Shown here: piece by piece, positions 1 to 12,500 of the stretch
Layout: the number at the start of each line of letters is the position of its first letter
Position numbering within the stretch: position 1 is the stretch's first letter
Virus record (IMG/VR): IMGVR_UViG_3300044801_000394
Span: 5,955 to 69,954 of that record
Source of the DNA: a virus
Length of the DNA stretch: 64,000 nucleotides
Strand: one strand, 5' to 3'
Translations under genes and position numbers: made by a program
Notes under the pieces: generated by a model
Databases searched by the model: none
The model's input: the letters and a program-made list of their open reading frames with translations, nothing else
What the model was told of the DNA's origin: nothing

Positions 1-244
1 ATATAGGGGAATGATAAAAGAAAGACTATACTTGAGATTGGCGTATGATTATCTTGTGTTTCTAGGAAGATTTGAATCTTTTGATATAATAGAGGACGCA
101 AAATCTCCTTATAGATTTACGTACAATATAATCTTTAAAGCTGAAAAAACCATTTATTTGCTGGATAAGTCTCCGACCTCGGGGACTGACGCTCCAGCGA
201 ATACTCTTCAATCTAATAGCAATACTGAAATGATTCAAGGATAG
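1..244 (+). CDS. C-terminal part of tail tube-initiator/baseplate-like protein (probably truncated by window edge)
   Basis: Frame is open from position 2. Segment LAYDYLVFLGRFESFDIIEDAKSPYRFTYNIIF parallels INYDGVDYLGSFSNLTTDENTEMPFRFAFNFEF in the next gene. Confidence 0.55.
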   Translation, partial: YRGMIKERLYLRLAYDYLVFLGRFESFDIIEDAKSPYRFTYNIIFKAEKTIYLLDKSPTSGTDAPANTLQSNSNTEMIQG

Positions 245-247
245 CGT

Positions 248-1573
248 ATGGTTGCTGATGCCTCAAATACCATAAAAGCTTTCAATGATTTGATAACGAA
301 TCATTCTGGTGGGGGATTTTTTGTTCAACCAACCGGTATTACCACAGAGTTGCCCTATATAACAGCTGTTACAAGAGGCATCGATTATAAGCTTTTTAAT
401 GTTTCTATATACAATCAGAAAGAAGATGCTGATAGTATTTCCATGGCTTTGTTGATAAATCCATCAGATTTAACTATAGGTCAAACCTTCATGGCGGCAG
501 ATGCTTTTACCAGGCAAGGATGGTTATCGACGTTATGGGGCAGGAATCAGCAAACGCTTGTAGCAAACTTATCTACGGCAGCTTTTTACGTCTATGGTAT
601 AGGACTCTCCTCGTTCATGAGGAATTTTTCTTTATCCTTCAAGAATTTTGTAACTTTTGTCGGTATCTTCAAAAACAATGGATATTATTTTTACAAAGGA
701 TTACAAAATAGAGATTTTTTTAATAGTGACCCAGGTCGAGTTATTAATGTACTGGATCAGGTTAAGATAAACTATGACGGAGTAGATTACCTTGGATCTT
801 TTAGCAATCTCACTACTGATGAAAATACTGAGATGCCATTCAGGTTCGCTTTCAATTTTGAGTTTATAGTTTCTGGCTTAAGAGGAGAAAAGGCAGAGGG
901 GCATCTCAGGATATGTGATGCTAATGGGTGCAACGATAGTTCAGCAGTCACGATACGGACTCAGGGTATTTATAGTTTTAATGAAATAGCACAGTTGGAT
1001 ACGTCGGAGTTAACTGACATATTCAGTACAAGTAGCAACGAAACAGATGGTGTTTCTGATGCTAATGATAAAACCGAGTCTACTCCTGCCGGTGTCTATA
1101 GTTACACAAAAAACGAAAAGGGAGTTCTTGCAGACGAAGGAGTTCAACAGGCAATAACAGAGGTTGCCGCTGATCTTCATATCAATCCACAAACCCTTAT
1201 AAACCTTATTCATTTTGAAAGTGGGTGGGATGCGCAGGCCCTCAATAAGGAAGGATCTGGCGCACAGGGTCTGATTCAATTTACGGATGCAACAGCTATG
1301 AAACTAGGATTTAAAAGTGCCGCTGATTTGATTGCACAGTATCCGGATGCCCAAAGTCAGTTACTTGGTCCAGTGCTTAAATATCTTTCTCAGTGGAAAT
1401 ATACCACGAACCAATCTGTTTATATGGCGGTATTCTATCCGACTGCCCGCTATGTACCTCCTGATACGACGTTTAGTAGTATTGTCCCTGCTTCTAAGTA
1501 TCCTAGATTTGCCAGACAGAATCCAGGTATTAGCACTGTACAAGATTATGTTAATTATGTTGAAGGAAAGTAA
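248..1573 (+). CDS. Tail tube-initiator/baseplate protein fused to C-terminal lytic transglycosylase (SLT/lysozyme-like) domain
   Basis: 441 aa. N-terminal LLINPSDL tube-like motif. C-terminal LIHFESG...GAQGLIQF matches the SLT catalytic Glu and GLxQ motifs. Confidence 0.8.
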   Translation: MVADASNTIKAFNDLITNHSGGGFFVQPTGITTELPYITAVTRGIDYKLFNVSIYNQKEDADSISMALLINPSDLTIGQTFMAADAFTRQGWLSTLWGRNQQTLVANLSTAAFYVYGIGLSSFMRNFSLSFKNFVTFVGIFKNNGYYFYKGLQNRDFFNSDPGRVINVLDQVKINYDGVDYLGSFSNLTTDENTEMPFRFAFNFEFIVSGLRGEKAEGHLRICDANGCNDSSAVTIRTQGIYSFNEIAQLDTSELTDIFSTSSNETDGVSDANDKTESTPAGVYSYTKNEKGVLADEGVQQAITEVAADLHINPQTLINLIHFESGWDAQALNKEGSGAQGLIQFTDATAMKLGFKSAADLIAQYPDAQSQLLGPVLKYLSQWKYTTNQSVYMAVFYPTARYVPPDTTFSSIVPASKYPRFARQNPGISTVQDYVNYVEGK

Positions 1574-1575
1574 AA

Positions 1576-3876
1576 ATGCCGATTTTTGATCTTAACGATT
1601 TTGAATATAGAAGGGTACTGAAACTTGCCCCAGATGCTTTCGTGGTATTTAATGGAGCATTAGGAGGACGTATAGTTTCCCCCTTGAAACCTAATCAATA
1701 CCAAAATATAGATCCACAAGGGGGAATAACCTCTGTTAATGCTAACGGAACCGTATCTCCTCCAGGATCTGGAAGGGCTACGATCCAAGTTGTTGCGCCA
1801 AGATACAAGGGACTGCATCAAGATTATTATGTTACGGTACCGAGCGGCGTAAGAGTCCCTTATTTCCTTCCTATGATGGAAGTAAAAGTCTATATGAAGG
1901 GTCGTTTTTTTGCAAACAACAACCCAGTATATTACCCTGCTTTTTGGGGAATTATAATAGATATATCAGAGGACTATAGTGACGGAGTTTTTACTTTTAC
2001 CCTACAATGCTCTGATGTGCTAACGTGGTGGAAGTATCAGAAGCTCACTATTAACCCCAGCGTTTATACAAACGTGTTTGGGGGGCCTAAAATAGAGAAC
2101 ATGCCTACGGTTTTCAGGAATAAGAATCCGTGGCAGATAATATATCAACTTTTAATGGATACGCAATGGAGATCCAAAGACAATGAATCAACCTATAATT
2201 TTGTTTATCCTAATCTGTCTAATATAAATCTTTTGCCCGATTTAGGAGGAATCCCTCCGTCAACTATAGGAGCATTGGCTGTTCAAGTAAACAAGTACTG
2301 GTCAGACAGATTTAGTTTCTCCGGAGAGACCGTTCCATTAGAAATGTTCGGGCTTACTAAAGAGATAACTACTGAAGAAATGAAAGTAATGGATGAGTTG
2401 CAAAAAGCAGGAATAGACTCTATAGATTCAAGATATTCAGAAAGAATCGCAGCAGATATAGCCTTAGACTATAATCTATTAGCTAGAGTTTTACCTTTTG
2501 GTGATTTAAACCTCTTTGGAGACGGTTCGAGTCCAATGGAGTATACAAAACTGGAGATAGCACAAAGAGTTTGTGAATTAACTACTATGGAGTTTTATTT
2601 AGATCTAAATGGAACTATGGTTTTTAAACCTCCTTTTTATAACATGGATGTTACTAAAGCAGACGTCCCCTATTATGTTATAGAGCCGTCAGACGTGGTA
2701 AATTTCAATGCCAATGTTAATTCGGATCATATCGTTACATTCTTGGAAGTAAGCGCTCCTAAGATACAAAGGGTGCAAGAAATTGATATAATAGGATTCC
2801 ATATCGATTGGGATTTAATGGCTAGATACGGTATGAGATACCAAAAGGCTCACATAGCCTATGGTAATGATTCAAAATCTCTTCGTTTAATAGCTGCAGC
2901 AGAGATGGCACGTATAAATGGTAGAGCGACTTCGGGAAGTATTACTATACCGTTACGTCCAGAGATGAGACTAGGATACCCAGTTTATATAAGTCACATA
3001 GATGCCTACTACTATATCAACAGTATAAGCCATTCCTTTTCTTATGGATCAAGCGCAAACACTACACTATCCATGGAAATGAGAAGAGATCGTATGTATG
3101 ACCCAACTGGAGAGGTCGTAAATCAAATAGCTCCAGTTGTTCAAAGTAATCAAACCCTAGATAACACTAATACTTCAGATATAGGAAGAGTCTTGAGAGG
3201 TTTTGTGTATAGATTCAGAGAAGGATCTACAATTACAGCAAACACAATGTTTCAGAATACCCCTGATGGTCAAGCAGCAAAGCTGGCCGCAAATGCTGTT
3301 AATTTTAATAATCCAAGTTACGTACAACTTTTGCAACAGAAAGAAGATTTCAAAAGATTAACACAAGCAATGACTGGCCCTAGATTTAATGGGTTCTATG
3401 AAATATCTCCTGCCAGGATAGCGGCAGGATCATTTAACGCTGTGACTCAAAACACCAGTACTGTAAACGCATCAGGAGATAAATCTACAGTAATGTCTAA
3501 TGAGCTGCTTATGATAACAGATAGTACGATACCTTTTACAGATGTGAACGGGTATAAGCATATTGGCGCTTTTCCATATGGTGCTAATTTACAATTAGTA
3601 GGAGGAGTGGACCTTGTAGATAAAACTGACATTGAAGGACAATTAGATGAGATAGCCAGAAAAGTGTTGCAAGAGCCAAATCAAGACGGTAATCCGATGC
3701 AGGAAATATCACCTGTTAATAAGAATGCTCCTGTTTTCCAGCCTCTTGCAAGTGCTCCTATTACACAAAATAGCACACAGCAGATGTTAGCAGATCCTGT
3801 GACTTCTGGCACAGGTAATGGAAATAAAAACCAGTCCCTCGCTATGGGATCTTATACACCACCAACGACAGGATAA
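1576..3876 (+). CDS. Baseplate hub protein (gp27/gpD-like)
   Basis: 766 aa. FYLDLNGTMVFKPP and RPEMRLGYPVY...YYINSISHSF motifs; lies immediately before the spike gene. Confidence 0.7.
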   Translation: MPIFDLNDFEYRRVLKLAPDAFVVFNGALGGRIVSPLKPNQYQNIDPQGGITSVNANGTVSPPGSGRATIQVVAPRYKGLHQDYYVTVPSGVRVPYFLPMMEVKVYMKGRFFANNNPVYYPAFWGIIIDISEDYSDGVFTFTLQCSDVLTWWKYQKLTINPSVYTNVFGGPKIENMPTVFRNKNPWQIIYQLLMDTQWRSKDNESTYNFVYPNLSNINLLPDLGGIPPSTIGALAVQVNKYWSDRFSFSGETVPLEMFGLTKEITTEEMKVMDELQKAGIDSIDSRYSERIAADIALDYNLLARVLPFGDLNLFGDGSSPMEYTKLEIAQRVCELTTMEFYLDLNGTMVFKPPFYNMDVTKADVPYYVIEPSDVVNFNANVNSDHIVTFLEVSAPKIQRVQEIDIIGFHIDWDLMARYGMRYQKAHIAYGNDSKSLRLIAAAEMARINGRATSGSITIPLRPEMRLGYPVYISHIDAYYYINSISHSFSYGSSANTTLSMEMRRDRMYDPTGEVVNQIAPVVQSNQTLDNTNTSDIGRVLRGFVYRFREGSTITANTMFQNTPDGQAAKLAANAVNFNNPSYVQLLQQKEDFKRLTQAMTGPRFNGFYEISPARIAAGSFNAVTQNTSTVNASGDKSTVMSNELLMITDSTIPFTDVNGYKHIGAFPYGANLQLVGGVDLVDKTDIEGQLDEIARKVLQEPNQDGNPMQEISPVNKNAPVFQPLASAPITQNSTQQMLADPVTSGTGNGNKNQSLAMGSYTPPTTG

Positions 3877-3888
3877 AGGCACGAGACC

Positions 3889-5910
3889 ATGAACGATAAG
3901 ATGTTAAAAGCTTTTCAGCATAAGGGTTTTAAACTACCCCCAGGTGCTCGTCCTCCTATATCTTTGCAGAAACTTGATATAAATTTCTGGCTGGCAGAAG
4001 TAGTCGATGTTGATGTTGAGAGACAGACAATGTCTGTACAGACAAAGTTTAAGGATACTCCTATAGCTGGTGTCCCGATAACACAGCCTTTTGCAGGTAC
4101 TTCCTCTTTTATCTCCGGTGTCCCTGAAAAAGGATCTATGGTTTTATTGGGAGTCAACTTTGAATTTGATATCGTATATCCAGTAGCATATTTGCCAGCA
4201 TATATCTACGCGATAGATCACCAGCACGTACAAAAGTGGCCAGATATACTTCAGTCTGTTGATAATGATCTTTTCTACAGACATAGACTATTGAAACCTG
4301 GAGAGATCAACATAGGATCAGGGGAGGGCTCAGAGATCCTTTTAAGCTATGATACCCTATTGGAAAACTCCTATGGAGACTCTTTTTTAATGAGGAGCTC
4401 GGATCATTCTATTATATCCTCATCTTTAGCTAATTCTATGTTTACGAGTGGCGTGTGGATGAATGCTGGTATCATACAAAGAAACTCTTTGGATCAGCCC
4501 AACACGGATGATGGACATTTTGCATATAGGCGTGTTTTAAGAGATGGAAGAGTAACATATCAGTTACGCCCAGAGAACAGCAATGAGTTCAGCAAGTATT
4601 ATTCAGAATATCTGATAGAAGTAGAGGATCAAGGATCCCCTACACTACCTCTCAATGACATAAATTATGAAATAAATTCGGATATCCGTAGACCTATTGC
4701 CATTTTATCCATGGGGAACTTTGCTGGAAATAACTCAACAAAGCCTACTACGTATGGGAAGCTTTTAAGAGTAAATCTTTTTAACTCCCCAAACGCCTCA
4801 GATGGGACATTCTCATTCGTGCCCCTAATAAAAGATCAACCGGAAAATTACGGTATGGCTATTATGCTGTATGCCCCAAGGCGTGAGAACTATGAGGGTA
4901 AAGGAGCACTATTCGGAATAGATAAAGAGGGTCATTTTTATCAGTACATCCCTCGTGCTTCTGGAGGAGGACTTGGCAAAGGTAGATCCATGTCTATTTT
5001 TGCAGAAGGTAATAAAAAAGAGATATGGGGAGCAGAGGATACGTCGGGTAACTCTTGGGACATGACGCTTAAAGGTGGATTAAGGTGGGATGTTGGGACG
5101 CACAATGACGGAGACATCAATAATCCTTCTTTGAACTCAACTAGCATGTATGTTAAGACAAGCGGAAGAGTTTACTTTCAATATGGATTAAAACCAGAGA
5201 CTACAATCTATGACATCGATCAATCTGACAAAGTGCCTAAGGATATTTCTAAATACAAAAAGATAGAAAAAGTAGGGGGATACGAGCGAAAAGAAGTTAG
5301 TGGAAGCAGAGAAACAATAATCACTGGAGGAGATAGTTACAGTATAGGCGGATTAAAAAAAGAAAAGATCACAGGTTTCTATGACACACATGTCGGTACC
5401 AGCAGGAACATCAGCATAGGAGATTGTCATACTCTATCTGTAACAAACGAGGCTCAAGAAAAAATAGGCAGTAAGAAAATAACCTGCTCAAAAGGCAGTC
5501 ACGAACTTACTATAAATACGATTGGAAGCATCAAAGAATCTATAGTAGTACAAGGGGATAGGACTACCGATATAACACTGGGAAACATAAAAGAAAACAT
5601 AACAACTCTTGGAAGTAGGACATTTGAAACTAAAGCAGGAGACTACAGCGTCAATGTCCTTACTAAAGGAAATCTTACTCATAAAACAAACATAGGAGAT
5701 GTTGTATCTAATACTAAAGTAGGAAAAGCAGACATAGGCTCTAGTCTGGGTGTTAGCATTAAGACCCAAGCCGGAGTAACATTAGACGGGTTAAAAATAC
5801 AATTGAAGACACCCGCTTCAGCATTGGGTGGAAATATTATAACAAAAAACACATCAAATTGTTACATAACTGGTGCCCCTAATATAGGGATACCAACGAT
5901 TACGGCTTAA
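3889..5910 (+). CDS. Baseplate central spike (gp5/gpV/VgrG-like)
   Basis: 673 aa. N-terminal OB-fold-like AEVVDVD...PEKGSMVLLG; C-terminal short Gly-spaced beta-repeat region typical of spike beta-helices. Confidence 0.7.
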   Translation: MNDKMLKAFQHKGFKLPPGARPPISLQKLDINFWLAEVVDVDVERQTMSVQTKFKDTPIAGVPITQPFAGTSSFISGVPEKGSMVLLGVNFEFDIVYPVAYLPAYIYAIDHQHVQKWPDILQSVDNDLFYRHRLLKPGEINIGSGEGSEILLSYDTLLENSYGDSFLMRSSDHSIISSSLANSMFTSGVWMNAGIIQRNSLDQPNTDDGHFAYRRVLRDGRVTYQLRPENSNEFSKYYSEYLIEVEDQGSPTLPLNDINYEINSDIRRPIAILSMGNFAGNNSTKPTTYGKLLRVNLFNSPNASDGTFSFVPLIKDQPENYGMAIMLYAPRRENYEGKGALFGIDKEGHFYQYIPRASGGGLGKGRSMSIFAEGNKKEIWGAEDTSGNSWDMTLKGGLRWDVGTHNDGDINNPSLNSTSMYVKTSGRVYFQYGLKPETTIYDIDQSDKVPKDISKYKKIEKVGGYERKEVSGSRETIITGGDSYSIGGLKKEKITGFYDTHVGTSRNISIGDCHTLSVTNEAQEKIGSKKITCSKGSHELTINTIGSIKESIVVQGDRTTDITLGNIKENITTLGSRTFETKAGDYSVNVLTKGNLTHKTNIGDVVSNTKVGKADIGSSLGVSIKTQAGVTLDGLKIQLKTPASALGGNIITKNTSNCYITGAPNIGIPTITA

Positions 5911-5911
5911 T

Positions 5912-6529
5912 ATGCCACTAACAGCGACATCTATCTCTTCATCTATAAAAGGATTCATGGCTCTTGTAGGATTCAATGGAAGGGATATGGGTAAAATAGC
6001 AGACTCTGTAGGGAATGCGGTTTTTATGCACCTTTCTATACCTAATGCTGCTTCCGCTACAGTTTCTGGTACAGTAGGACCAATAGGAAGTATCACTAAC
6101 ATATCCGTACAGGGGATAGTACCCACAGTTATGAAGAGTTTAATGGAGGTTAAGGGAGCCTCATCTGGCTTCACAGGACGTGATTTAGGCAAGTTATCCC
6201 AGGCTATCTCTATGGGGCTTTCTACTCAATTAATGACGATGGTTTTTAACGGTAGTGCAATAGGATTAGCCATAGGAGGGGGCACAGCAAAGTTCACTAG
6301 TATCAATGTAAATGCGCTAGGATCACTGTTAAAAGTAGCTTTGGCAGGAGTAGGTTTTACTGGTAGGGATTTGAGTAAATTGGCGGATATGGTAGCTACC
6401 GGAGTAGTTCAACATTTACAGACCTCTGCCACATTTCCAGTTGTGGCTACTGGAGCCATTGCCCCAGTGCCCCCAACAGGACCATTAGCAGCTGTAGGGA
6501 TACCATCAGTTTTTTCAAAAATAAGCTAA
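5912..6529 (+). CDS. Gly/Ala-rich virion protein with three GFxGRD repeats
   Basis: 205 aa. GFNGRDMGKIA / GFTGRDLGKLS / GFTGRDLSKLA repeats; 1 nt after the spike gene. Confidence 0.65.
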   Translation: MPLTATSISSSIKGFMALVGFNGRDMGKIADSVGNAVFMHLSIPNAASATVSGTVGPIGSITNISVQGIVPTVMKSLMEVKGASSGFTGRDLGKLSQAISMGLSTQLMTMVFNGSAIGLAIGGGTAKFTSINVNALGSLLKVALAGVGFTGRDLSKLADMVATGVVQHLQTSATFPVVATGAIAPVPPTGPLAAVGIPSVFSKIS

Positions 6530-6545
6530 AAGGATATTATATAAC

Positions 6546-9500
6546 ATGAGCTTTGACATTTTTAAGTACCAATCGATAAACCTCGAGAATACTGTAATCC
6601 GTAATCCCCGTGTAGGTACCAAGAACAGGCCTACCTCCAGAACTATAGAAGTAGGTTGTACTGGTATTGGAGCCAGTGATGACATCTATACAGGTGAAAC
6701 AGGGGTCGATACTGACTATCTAATCCAGGGAGCTGTTCGTGGTAGTATCGTTAAGGGTACTGGTACGTATACCCTTAACAACAATACCATAACCGCTATC
6801 ACAGGTATAAACGGCCTTCAGCCTTCGGATAACTTAATATTTGGAGATATTGTAAGAGCGGACGGTTCTGAGACCTTCTATAACATAACAGGGATGAGCT
6901 CGGATTTTTCTACTATTTATCTCCAAGATAAAAACACGACAGAGACAGGGATAAAATCTTTTCAGGCTAGAAAAATAAAATTAAATAGCGTTTACTTTGA
7001 GTATGTCAAAAGTTTGGAAGATGAAAATAGATTCGTCTACGATAAAAATAATCGGGATTGGAGATTCACGGGATTGCAGCCTGATGGTCCCCTTGTTGCA
7101 AAATCTGACGCAGAGATGTATATCCCTGGAGATCCTGTAAGACTTCAGTTTTTGTCTGCTAATACAAAAACAGCTCCTGATGTCACATCTATCGATACCA
7201 CGACTACTGATCCAAAAGAGCCTTATAGTCAAAAGATCCTAGAATCTAAATTGGTTATCGACACCCCAGAGATCTCCCTTATGCCGGTACCGTATCCGGA
7301 TGACGATGAGAATTTTCACGTTTATTGGGGACCTCAGAATAGTCTGTCTTTGAAGACAAAGGACATAGATTACACTGTAAACTATCAGATGGATCCTGAT
7401 TACACTTCTGCCAAACCCCCTTATAAAGACAGGAATGTAGCGTATCTTAAGTTCCTCAAAGAACTTGATGACGTCACTCAGGTTACTGGTATCGATCAGA
7501 ATTTCCAAGGTTTATTCAATGTACATGAAGCTCCTTTGACTCCAACAGCTGTTGGTAAAGCTGTTACAAACATATATCCTAATGCACAGTTATATGACGA
7601 GAACGGAACGGAGTTCACTGGTTTGAGAGTTAAAGTTGGGGATAAAGTAGAGGATAGATTTTTTGACTACAATGTGGAATATGATAGTGGGATTGTCCAT
7701 TTTATTAAGCACCAGAATATGGAGCCAGTAGTTCAGAATATTATATACAATAAGAGTCTTTTATGGGATGGCATCAGTGTAATAAAAGGTACGAGCGAGA
7801 CAGGGTTAATTTCAAACAACAAAAACAATCTAGTCATCCCCTATGGCATCTCTGGGTTAACGGGGATAGACTATCCAGTTTTCTTTGAAGATGTAGATCA
7901 AAACGATTATGTAGAAAGAGTTGACTATCGAATAGAGTATACGAGTGGAGCTGTGGAGCTTACTAATCCGTTGAAATCAAACGAGTGTGTACTTGTCTCA
8001 TATTTTACCGAAGGGGAAGACGTTACAGACGAAGTTTTAAATCTTAATACTCTTCGTACAAGAAAAAATCCTGTCATAGAATCCTCAGTAACAATTAAGA
8101 AAAAGTATGCTATCACTAGCGGCTCGGGAACCGGTACTGGATTAAAAATTTTGATTGAGAATGTAGATTTTACTTTATCCTATCTTACAGGGAAAGTGAC
8201 TCTTCTTGATCCTTCTATAATAGAAGATTTAATAGAGTTGGATATAAGCTACACACCTTTTGCTCAAATAAATTGTATTATCCAGCCAGTAGTAAACGAT
8301 TCTAAGACCTATCGTATGACTATAGTGGACGATGTCCTTGAGACGGTTGATCCTTTTAATTTGAGATTTAACATACAAAATGGAGATGTTTCCGTTCCTG
8401 TTGTAGATCCTTTCGGGGAGAACCCTACAACATATTCTGGGACAATGCTCAATCTCTATTCCGTTAAAGGCGAAGGTGAGCCGGGATTCGGTCTAAGTAA
8501 TCTTACTGCTGACGACATGCTGAGTCTCGGAATGACAGGGTTAGAGAGCTTGGGACTAGCGGAAAAGCTAGGACAAACTCCCGATGAGTTTTATGCAATA
8601 GGGATAACAGGGATAATAGAGTTGGGTCTATCCCCTGACAAGACTATCGATTACAACACAACTAATTACACCTATACGGATGTTGATAAGATTCTGGCTC
8701 TTGATCTAAGCTATAATTCGGCCAAAGTAAGACCGGATATTAATGATCTTATTATGGCTACATACAGTTTTGAATCGGAGACATTGCCCTATGCTCCTAT
8801 TCAGACGGTCTTTCCAGTATTCAATCAAGATGAGAGCAGTTTTATTATTGAAGGTTTTGATAAAACAGATGTCATAGTACCAGGCATGATATTCAGGATC
8901 GATAATTTTGACCCAGAGAAATCCTATTATTTTATAGTTAAAGATTCGGTCTATGATGGATTGAGTACCACCGTTTACCTAACAGGGAGTTTTCCTGAAG
9001 ATATTAGAAATCCTTCTTTTTATCTATTTGACGACATTGTACAATGGAACGCCTTCCCTGACGGTACTGCTATAGACCCAAGCATAAGTGTCGGGTCTAA
9101 TACCCTTACGCTTACAGGAGACCTTTTAAAGATAACTGACCTGATAAAAAGCAACACACTTATTCTTATTAATGATACAGATATATACCAGGCTACTTCT
9201 GTTACGTCAGTCGGTAATACATTACAGGTAGGTATCTTTCCGAATCTCTTGAATGTAATGCCAGAAACTATTAAAATAACAGAGCCAATCTACCAGGTCG
9301 GAGATGTTAATTTAATATCCGATTATCCAGTCATAATAGATCCCCCTCATCCAGCTTTCTCCTTACGGTATGTAGGTCCAACCAATGCTGTCTATAGTCT
9401 AGCTACGTTGTTTATAGACGATGAGCAAATAGTCTTGAGTGAAGTAGTAGACGATAAGACTTCTGTAAATACTTTTATGTTTAATGATCCAAGTACTCCT

Positions 9501-12500
9501 GACATACGTAGTTTGGTCAATAAGATACAGGCTACTGCAGGTATTCCTGGATATACCTATCCAACAGGACCTTTTACTCTTATTTCTGAAGAGGGGATTG
9601 AGCAGTATTACATAGGCCCAGGATATTGGAGTTCAAACTTGATTATTCCTTTTACTGGGTCAAGTCCTGTAGTTATTCCTACAGAGGGTTATGTTTTCAC
9701 TATCAAGCAAGAGATGTTTAAGCATATTATAATCACAACGTCAAAAGGTGCCCAGAGCTTTCTGGTAGAACAGAAAGACAGAACAGACTATTTTTCTGCA
9801 GGGAATCTGCTGGCATTTATAAGTAAGGCTACTGGTGATATCAGCTTCTATGAAGTTTCTGGAGTAGGTTTAGTACAGGAGAAGATATCAGACAAAATAA
9901 CGTATACTCATACGCAGGTATCTTTTAACGATGTTTTCACCGAGAATCTTATAGATCCTAATATTTACAAGTATGACAGCGTGGTTTGGACTGATATTGC
10001 CTCTGCAGGTTTTTCCATAGATTCTACGGGATTGAAAATAACTTTTAGTTCTGATAGTCAATATTTCCGTACTGGTTCTATGATTAAGATAGGCGGCAAG
10101 TATGTTTATCAAATACGAGATATCTCCAAAGATATATCCTCTGTCACATTGACTATAAACACAGAAATAAATCCTCTTATTAAAGGGTCAGAGAGGGTAT
10201 TGGTTTCAGATATGCCGGTGTATCTTGATCAGTCTTCTCCTCAAAAATATTTCAACATAAACTATACGCTTCCTGTAGGAAAAACAGGGCAGGCCACAGT
10301 AGCAATAGACGATAAATATATTACTATAGTGGAGAGTATCGACGGAGTTGCTGTCCCAACAACAGCCAAAATAGATATGTCCAGGTATGATAATCTCGTT
10401 CAGCTAGCTTCTGCTCTATCCAGAGTACAACTGTCCACCTCTAATTCTGTCTATGTAGGCCTCTCCGATGAAGACAAAACTTTTTATACGACTTTGGGTA
10501 GAAACGCTGTTTTGACTCCTACTGTGTCTCCAGTAGTGCTATCTGCAAGCATAGAAGTTTCCACATCTTCTTTTAGCATAAACTACATAGCCTCTGATAA
10601 TACAGTAGATTCAGAGATATTGATGCCTCCAAGTTCAAACTATTTAGTCATAAACGAGTGGAAGAGAGCAGATCGACAAGGGACTTTGATAAGTCACACT
10701 GTAACTTTTGACGGAAAGACTTTGAACCAGATTACTGATGAGATACGGAACCTCGCGTCTATTACTAACAACAGCTGGAGCATAGGTCAAATATCCTATG
10801 ATGTCTATTTTGGCAGTATGAGAACGGACTATTACACAATAACGCAATCTTCAGACAATACTGCTAAACAGTTTCCATACTCTATTAGAGTCACCGTCAA
10901 TCCGAAGTACTGGTATCAAGTGGGTGTCCTTAACAGAAATATCCTTATTGAGGGTACTGATTATAATATAGAAGGGACAAGAGCAGTCCTAGTTAATCCA
11001 ATCCAGATTTATGAGAGATATGAGCTCAGCTATTTGGGACTTACAAATTTGGCAGAAGATTCTGGTTCGAGGATATCCTGTTCTTGCAGATATTTTTTCA
11101 GCATACCAACAGGATATCAAGTTAATGTCTATATGGATTACCTGAATCTTGACCAGTACTATATACAGAAGCTCACAGAGAGAAAATTTATAGAGATAGT
11201 CACAGTCCCACAGATTAAGGACATACTGCAGCAATCTGGTGAGAGTGTCGGTATAGGTAATGATAGTGGAAGTGATAATCCTCCCGCCGTTTATGAAGGC
11301 GGTTTAATAGATCTCTATTATTACCTAAAGGACGAGAAGATTAAAAAAGAGATCTATTTAAAAATATTCATGTGGTATAAGCAAAGACTTAGAAATTTTG
11401 CTGCAGAAGCCCAACTTACTATGGGGATAAAATATGGGCATAGTAATTTTGTAGGAGTAAACAGCAACGGGCAGTTTACTATGGATGATGCTTATGTTGA
11501 AAATGAAGACTACTCTTTGACTACATTGTCGGACATAGCCCAGATAGATAACAGTTTTTCTAAATTTTTCCCAGTCGGATATAACGACTCCGCCCCTATG
11601 CCCTATAGTCGTTTTGGAAGTACCTATCTATCCTACAACCAAGTTTTCTGCTACAACGTCAACTACTACGGAGAGACCGGGGCTTTTATAAAAACTGAAG
11701 GAAGAGTCCTGTCTATTAATCCCTACTGGGCAGATGTAGTGGATCCTACGACGACATTCTCAAATCTTGATTTTGATATTTTGCCATATACTCAGACGAC
11801 TTCGTTTGTGGAGGATACTAAAGGGACAGCTTTATATACTATTCCGTACGATCAGGAAGAGAAACATTTTAGATCCTCTGAATCTAATTTCCAGTTTTTG
11901 AAAAGAATTGAAGCAGGAGATCAGGTACAACTTAATGGTTTTAAAACCTTCTATGATATAGCCACAGTTGAACAAGTTGATCCTACGAATGTAAATGCCA
12001 GCGGATTTACAGAAGTAATTGAAAAAATAATGTTCCTAGGAACAGAAGGACCTTATGCCGGTAAACAGATGTTTAATGGAACAATCAGTGACCCAACAGA
12101 TCCCAACTATAGTCCTATATATGGAGTGTATGCTGAGAGTGATCCAACAAAAAGATTCTATGTTGCTGCAGACGAAGCCACTGTAGCTTTAATACAAGGT
12201 ACTCCAGTTGTAAGGCAAGATAAAAACGGGGATAATACTTCTAAAAATCCTATCATTGCATTGGGTTATACAGTTAAAAATATCATTATTTATGACAGGT
12301 TGATATTAAAAGACGGAGAATCCTTTACAGAATCTGGAGTCCCTACTTTTTCAGTATATCAAAGTGGTACTAATTGGATATATAAATATACTAAGAAAGA
12401 TTTTTGGGGAATCTCTAGTAACTATCAGGAGGGTTTAGCAGATCTCGAACTTAGTCTGCCCAAAGATGGAAGAGACATAAATGTTAAACGAAATGCCAGT

